Positions 56,701 to 64,000 of a stretch of 64,000 nt of DNA are shown here, one piece after another; positions within the stretch are counted from its first letter, which is position 1, and every line of letters begins with the position of its first letter. The DNA is from Trichodelitschia bisporula (taxonomy: Eukaryota), in NCBI GenBank assembly GCA_010356995.1, contig ML996701.1, positions 674,963 to 738,962 on the forward strand. The letters are read 5' to 3'. The notes beneath the pieces were generated by a model. The model was given only the letters and a program-made list of their open reading frames with translations, ran no database searches and was not told the DNA's origin. Position numbers and translations under genes: made by a program.

Positions 56701-58860
56701 GGCTGGCCGGTTCGTAGTTTGTTTCGACCACGAAATCCCGTCCTTGACGCGCACACTGCTCTGCGCGATCGTATAGAACCAGTGGATATGGCTACGGAAG
56801 AGCCACGGGCGGACGTTTGGACGGTGTCAATTGTCTGACAGATGGAATTCGGCTTGCCGGACTCGGCTTAGGTCGAATTTCGGCTAAGGTCCCGTACGGA
56901 GATTCAACATGGCATTGTGACGTTGGCCACCGGAGGTTAGCTCTGCCGCATTGCCGCTTGCGGGGATCTGGTATCACGACGTCGCTCTAGCACTCGTCGG
57001 GTTGCTTTGGCTGCATTGGGTTCGACCCTTGAACTCGCGAGGCGGCAACTGCCCCAGGCAGCAGGTGCAACCACACGGTGATGACACTAATGCGGCGGTA
57101 GACGATGTGGAGCAGGTTAGTTCGCTAGTACCTGTGTATACGAGGTGAGAAGGTGAGGGGCTTTCTGGCAAAGACTAACTCTGAAAGCAGTATAAGCTGA
57201 ACTTGCCCGCATAATCTCGACCCCGGAGTCGCATCGAACTGTTATCCGCATTACATCTGCCCTTTGTTGATGAGTGATGTCATTGTTTTGCAGTCAGAGA
57301 TGTGGAGAAGAGCCGAAGCCGGGGTCTTAAGTGAAGACTTAAGCTTTACCTGTTCCGTAACCGGCGAGTCGAATGGCGGAATGGGAGACCGGAACAAGGT
57401 CCGGCACCTTGGTCATAGGAATCAGCCTCACGTTTCTCATACTGACCGGTACCCCAGATTCGGCATCGGGCCATCCGTTAGGGTAGGGCTGCAGACACGA
57501 AGGAGCTGCGACAAGAGACCGGAGAAGCCAGCGTTCAGCGCCCATGGCGTCCGAGACTGCTACAGCCTTACCAGGCAGCGGCTGTCATCGGCCCTAACCC
57601 TCCTCCCCGCATTCCTTTCACGGCGACGGCGGATTCGAGATCTCGATGGTGGCTTAGGTTGAACTAGCAACCATTGTCGGGAGTACAGCACATCTTACAC
57701 TGGGTGTGCAACGGCTTGATGGTACTCGCCTGCGATCGAAGTGCAATCTGAGACATAGCGCCTGTGTTCAACGGCCGCCTAGCGGCGGCTTTGAGATCTG
57801 GTGGCCTTGAAGCGCGTGGCAGCATCGTGCGCCGGTGGTGGTGTCTCTAGTGTTACTTGGAACGGAGCTCATGCCTTCCATCAGCCAGTTGCCCAGACAC
57901 CGCGCTATTGACAGGCGCAGGTCAGACACTGGCTACTGTTCACTGTAGAGACGCTACGCTTGTTAGAGGCGTCGATATGACATCACTTGTACAATGTGAT
58001 TGAGATCTTGGCATCCCGACGACAATGGCGCATTCCTCGTCCGCAATCGGCCCTCCCTGAGCTAAACATGGTGCATCCGCTTGAGTGCCCGCTGGTCCCA
58101 TGTCGTATAAGCGGCCAGTGCGTACGGTACTCGGCCCGCTAAAGCACATAGACAGCAGCGGGATCGTCCCGGGTTTCAGATTGATCGTGAAGGTCAAAGC
58201 CACTGCGGCAGATGAGCTTAAGGGGCTGTGAGGGCCACGTTCTGGAGATCGGCGAATGAGCAAAAAGGAAATGAAGGCGGACCCCGCAATCCATTCTCGG
58301 AAATATTGAGACCAGAGAAAGAGCTAAAAACGGGGTCCCAGGTGGCTGGAGGCATAGGTGATGTCATCATGGGAGATGACGTCTTCGTGTCTCGACAATC
58401 TCAGAAGTAGTAAATTCCCCGTTCCCAGGTTCGATTAGCTCATTTCAAAGGACGGGATGAACTGCGCTACACGTTAGTAGAAGGGTACGTGGGCACGGTG
58501 ATGGAGTAGTGCGTAAGCTTGAGGATACACAGATAGCAACCGGTGAATGTCAGGGCCTTGCCCTTGCTGTAAATCGAGCCCTGAGATCGAAACGAGGAGC
58601 TTAGTTTGCACATTAATGCCCCATTTCGTCAGCAGTCGTGCTTATTGGTCACCGGCAACCGTTGGCTAGGGTTAGAGGATGGGAGTGCGGGTTGCTCGAG
58701 CTTGACAGATTGAAGCGACATGTGTCATTTCCAGCACTCGGAATTTCCGCTCCTATGGCTCGATGCGTTCCGTGCGCGTCGGAGATGGAGCCGCGTCTTG
58801 ACAATTCGGGCCGCGTAACTGGGGACGTGCTCGATTGAATCCTGATTTGGCCGCTACGGT

Positions 58861-59483
58861 CTACCGGTATTGGACACCCCCTGACTTCTGTGCCTTCTTT
58901 TGGAGTTTTTGCTGCCTCTTGCTTGAAGCCGGATCACCCTCCGCAGCCGGGCCCGCCAGACCGGCCATGCTCTGCTTGACCCCAGCGAAGGCGGTATAGG
59001 CAAGGTAGGCCGAGTAAAAGGGCACAACAATCTGAGAAGTAAGAAAGTGACAGAGAGAGGAAAGCCTGATACATACCCACGCCCACCACGCCCAGTCTCC
59101 GAGCACGGCGACGAGCACCAGGCATCCGTATGTCCAGTATAGCACATCCCACATCCACTCCGTCAGCCCTTTGGCCTCCAAGTCCTCACCTCCCTTACGC
59201 AGTTCGCCTGGTTCCAGGCCATACTGAGGGCGGCCGACCTTCTCGAACCAGAACTGGATCACCAGGGACGGCGTGCTGAGGAGGGCGTAGAGGACAAGTG
59301 TACGCTTTGTCAGGCTGCTCCGGAAGATGAAACAGCGAAGGATGATGAAGACTGCATGTACAGCGAGGGTGATGAGACGTGTGCGATCGAGAACTACAGT
59401 GTTGCGCGCGGCAAGGGCTTTGGTCGCTTTCTAGGTAACGGTCAGGAAGGTCGAGGAGCGGCGAGTGGGCTCACATTGGCCAT
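58861..59483 (-). CDS. SND2: SRP-independent targeting protein Snd2 / TMEM208 (DUF788), 3 exons
   Basis: MAN|KATKALAARN start; GEDLEAKGLTEWMWDVLYWT; basic tail SKRQQKLQK. Introns ~59431-59474 and ~59033-59075. Confidence 0.88.
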
Positions 59484-60171
59484 GTGAGCTGCCTGATGTT
59501 GCTGTCAGAGAGCTTCAGCTAGCAGATAAGAAGCAAGGCGGACGGTTTTAGTCTCTAAAGAAGAACAGAGCACAAATGCATTGAAATGCGCGCAAAACAG
59601 GGCTGGTGATGGTGATAGGAGAAATCGGCAGACGACAAACCCGAAGTTCGTCACTCCAAATGTGGCGGTTTAGCGCCGCAGCACGCGCCTCAAAAGGCAC
59701 GTGTGGCGTTCTGACGGAACCTGGAAATGAGACGAGTGGCTCTCACGACTCCAGACGCCTCTCCATCAAAACATCGACTTCTCGCCTTCTATATACCACG
59801 ATTAATGCACTTCAACTCCCTCTATCAACCTCACGCGACAGATTTATACCTATTTCCTCCTGTTGTGCTTTAGAACGCGCTCCATGCGCCCGTTTCCCCG
59901 CCAGAGCGTCGCCAAACAACCTGTGTTGCCGTGTTGTTGAGCGGCGGCGCCCCAAACAACAACAACTTCCTCGCCTACGGCCTCTCCTCCGGCCTTCCCT
60001 CCACCACAACCATCGTATCCCAACTCTTGCGACTAATGCGATCAGAACATCGCTCCTTGGCTTGAGTCGTACCTCTGGGCCGCCGGCCCCTCTTCACTCC
60101 ACTCCTCTCCTCCACCACAACCTCTACAACCTCACCCTCTCCACCCCTCTTCCGCGCCCACCATCACAACC

Positions 60172-62749
60172 ATGGCGCCTCTCAACTCCTCCGTCGAGTT
60201 GCACCTCAAAGGTGCAATTTACTACCACCTCGACACCAACAACCTAAGCAACGCGCTGTTCTTCGCCGAGCGTCTCCAGGCAGAATCTCCCCGCAACCCC
60301 GACGCTGACCACCTTGTCGCGCTCTGCCACTACGGGCTCGGAGAGTACAATCTGGCCCGCGATGTGAGCAAGGACAGCGGAGCAGAGGGCCAGCACCTCG
60401 GATGCGCATACGTTTATGCGCAGGTTTGCTTGATTCTCAAGCGGGCTGTGGACGGAATTCGGGCACTCGAGCGCTCGAAGCACGTCTGGCTGGGTCGCAA
60501 TGGCCTCAGTAAGTTCATCCAGCGCTTAGCTGCTTCCATGCTTACAATGCAGACAAATCATCAGAGACTTCGCGCCAGCACCTGCCAGACGCCGCCGCCG
60601 TCTACTGCCTCCTGGGAAAGTTATGGCGCGTAAACCGCGACTACACAAAGGCTGCGGTTAACTACCTGGAGGCTTTGCGGTTGAATCCGTACATGTGGGA
60701 CGCTTTCACGGACCTCGCGGATTGTGGTATGTCCATCTCGTTATCCGAGGACGAAACTGACTTTCCAGGCGTCGCTCTCCGGACCGCCAACGTCTTCAAG
60801 TTCTCGCCCGATTTCCTTGCCGGACTCCAAACCGTACGTGAAGATACTACAGCTCTATCTGGAGTAATCTCGTATACCCAAGCTGCGGCTCAAGGGGAGA
60901 ATGGACCCCAAAATTTCGTTCTCAGCTCTGGCGATGACCCCTTCGCTCCTTCGACCCATACAGGCGAGAGCGGTATCGGCGGCAAGGGTAATCTTCTTTT
61001 CCAGCTCACCTCGAGTGCGCCGAACCTGGCGCTCCCAGGTGCATCTCGTATAGCAGGATGGGCTTCGCAACCTGAAACGATGGAGGACGTGACCATGACT
61101 GATGCAAATCCATTCCAGGAGGAAGTTCCGTCGGTCCCGGCACCACGGAAGAACCGCATGCAGAACTTCATGGAAGATCTGGTGTCTGATTCCAAAATCG
61201 GGCCGATGACGACTCGTAGCAAGTTCCGGACGAAGGCGGGCTCGGAGACGACTGAAGCTGATACATCGGTGCCCCCCATTACTGGCAGCAAGCGCACCGC
61301 CAATGGTCAACCTGCGGCTAACGGAAGCTCTATCGCTGGGCCGATCCGTCGCAGCCATCGCCTCTTGGGTGTTGGACGCTCTAACACGAGCGCGAGCGCG
61401 AAGGAAACTGACAAGGACAAGCGCGACCGCAAGCCGAAACCGGTCCCGACGCGTGCAACCCGTGGAACCGCTACAGTCGGCCGGGTTGTGAGTGGCAACC
61501 GCAAGCCTCCCGAACCTCTTGACCGCGACACTAAGGAGGGTCAGGTCAACCGGCCGGCGAGCGTGACCAGCCTCGCTAGCAACGCGAGCACGATTCGCGA
61601 TCTTAGCTTAGCGAAGAAGGGCAAAGCGGCTCCGGCGCAGCCTGTGCTCACGGAGACGGAGGACCTTTTGCGTCCTGACAAGGATGCTATCACATACTTG
61701 CTCACCGTGCTTCGCAACATGGGCGAAGGGTACTTCCAGGTGCGGCGCTACCAGTCAACTTTAGCTCTGAAGGCTCTGAACGCACTTCCCAAGAACCAAC
61801 GCGATACGCACTGGGTCGTCTCCATGATGGCTCGGTGCCACTACGAGATGGGGTCGTACAAGAAGGCGGCTGAGATCTTCGCCAAGGTCATGAAGATGGC
61901 GCCGCTCCGGACCGAGGGCATGGAGATGTACTCCACCGCGCTGTGGCACCTGAAGAAAGAGTCGGAGCTTGGTTTCCTTTGCCATTTCCTCCGCGACATT
62001 GATCGGCTGTCGCCGCAGACATGGTGCGCGCTTGGGAACTACTACTCGCTGACTCGGGAGCATGACAAGGCGGTGAAGTGCTTCAGCCGCGCCACGGATA
62101 CCGCCCCGACCTTCGCGTACGCCTGGACCTTGGAGGGCCACGAGCACGTCGCCAACGAGGAGCTTGACAAGGCGCTTAGCGCGTATCGCCAGGCTACGAA
62201 CGTCGATCCTCGCCACTACAACGGGTGGTACGGCCTCGGCCAGGTATACGAAAAGCTTGGGGATTATGGCGCCGCCGAGACCAACTTCCGTCGCGCTGTA
62301 GAGATCAATCCGAACAATGCGGTTCTGCTGACCTGCGTTGGGATTGTCTCAGAGCGCACGCACCGCATGGAGATGGCGCTCGACTTCTACACCCGTGCTT
62401 GCGATGTGGATCCCCGTTCGCCGAAGCCTCGCTTCATGAAGGCGCGGTGCTTGATGCGCGTCGGCCGCTACATTGAGGCGCGGAAGGAGTTTGATGTACT
62501 TCGTGAGCTTGCGCCGGATGAGGCCATGGTTCACTACAGCTATGGCCGTTTGGCGAAGAAGCTTGGGGATAAGAAGACGGCTGTTCGGTCGTTTTCGATT
62601 GCTCTTAATCTCGACCCGAAGGTATGCATTTCTGAGTACTGCTCTGATCAAGCTAACATTTGAACCAGGCGAGTGCGCATATCAAGGATGCTCTTGAGAC
62701 CCTCGATGACGAAGATTCCGAGGACGAAATGTTTGACAACGGCGCCTAA
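60172..62749 (+). CDS. CDC27: Anaphase-promoting complex TPR subunit Cdc27/Apc3 (bimA/nuc2-like)
   Basis: N-terminal NALFFAERL and ALRLNPYMWDAF; disordered middle; TPR block MEMYSTALWHL, SPQTWCALGN, YAWTLEGHE, RHYNGWYGLG and ALNLDPK. Last intron 62622-62668. Confidence 0.93.
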
Positions 62750-63803
62750 TCAGGTTCGCATACATCAACCACCTAATTCCGTGTCCATAATCCCCTCCCT
62801 CCTCAACTTCCTTTACCTCCACACCCTCTCCCTCCCGTATATCCCTATGACGGCAACCTGGATGCATTATTCATAGCCTACGGCGCTGCATGACTTCCTG
62901 GCGGATTATGAACGACTGGTGTCTTTCGAAACGCAGGACGATGGAGTATCAATGACCTGGTTTCTGTTCGATGCATCAACGCACTTGCGACTGGCATGGG
63001 GGCGAAAACTGCATCATTCTGGCATGGCGTTTATGAGATTTGTGCGAAGTCATTGACTAATGTTGCGTTATAGGCGTTTCGTCGGATGGTTCTCGTGTGG
63101 GCGCGGCCTTTGTGTACCTGTACATTAGTGCGAGTTTGCCTATGGGAAGCTGCTTGCTTTCGATGATGGCGGTTAGGATTGACTGGCGGTACAGCGTGAT
63201 GCATGGGCGGCGGTGTTTCCCTGGAGTTGCATGCCAGGTGTACGATTACGATGCGAGCGTGTGTTGGGTCTGTACATGCCGTAGCAATGGACGGACATGA
63301 CATGCCATGATGTGCAGATTTGCATCGTCCCGTGGTAGTCCTGCATGAGGACATCATGTGGTGCCTGTCTGACATGTGAGAACCTTCACGCCCAACAACA
63401 GCTTTTCAGTGAATGAAGCCGAACGACCTCCAACAACAACCCCATCCCATTCCTCACCTAGCCGCTGTAAACACACGTTTTTTCTCCTACAAGAGCTTCT
63501 ATACATCCGTAAACCCCTTCAGTTATCTATTCAGCTGTTTGGATCTCCCCCCCCCCCCTGTCCCCAGCTCAAATCCCCTCCTCGCATGTGACGCTCAGAC
63601 GCCGCAGATCCCCCCGGCCCCCGCACCCCTGCACCCCATCTTCGGGAGACCAACATCTCAAAATTTGCGACCACGAAAGGCATTCCTCCATAACCTCCCC
63701 CCGCGCCCGGCGCATCGCGACCTCACTTCGACCTCTACCTCCTCCGTCCTCAACCTGCACCTCCACATACCGAACCGCGCTACCTCCCATTATAACCGCG
63801 ACC

Positions 63804-64000
63804 ATGGTCCTCCTCACCTCCATCCTCTACGGCCTCCTTGCGCTGCCTTTGGTCCTGCACCTCTCCGCGGCGTTGCTGTCCGCCACGCCCTTCAGGCAAC
63901 ACGCGCACTATCCCACCTTCCTCGCCCGCTGCCTAACCTACCTCCTCTGTCTCGCCACCAGCGCCATCTACGGCATGCTCGCCAGCCTCATCCTCCGGGC
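63804..64000 (+). CDS. Partial 5' end, probable 1-acyl-sn-glycerol-3-phosphate acyltransferase (Slc1-like) membrane protein
   Basis: Open frame running to the window edge: MVLLTSILYGLL...FLARCLTYLLCLATSAIYGMLASLILR, resembling fungal Slc1 N-termini. Catalytic motifs lie outside the window. Confidence 0.55.
   Translation, partial: MVLLTSILYGLLALPLVLHLSAALLSATPFRQHAHYPTFLARCLTYLLCLATSAIYGMLASLILR

Overview
GC-rich eukaryotic DNA from a filamentous ascomycete fungus (Pezizomycotina-like; short GT-AG introns with CTRAC branch points), with one 52-N assembly gap at 48632-48683. About 20 protein-coding genes can be supported. They include a cutinase, a Sws1-like SWIM finger, a spliced Q-rich repeat protein, an allantoate-type MFS permease, a CorA-like protein, a CAB4-like nucleotidyltransferase, neutral trehalase, a P450 and BBE-like FAD oxidase pair, an LRR-like protein, mitoribosomal mS45, a class 3 lipase, a SAM methyltransferase, an SDR, a velvet-like protein, SND2/TMEM208, CDC27/APC3 and a partial SLC1-like gene. 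There is also an intron-containing tRNA-His(GTG). Main points of interest: (1) two HeLo + kinase-like proteins lie about 7 kb apart, one further fused to IQ-like motifs and a trypsin-like serine protease with an intact triad, making a candidate MLKL-like cell-death/immune module; (2) a box C/D snoRNA with a 14-nt 25S rRNA guide sits inside the mS45 intron; (3) a solo-LTR family has one intact copy with a 5-bp TSD and decayed copies, two of them back-to-back as an inverted pair between convergent genes; (4) several non-coding repeat arrays are unexplained. All identifications come from motif recognition by eye; no database searches were run.
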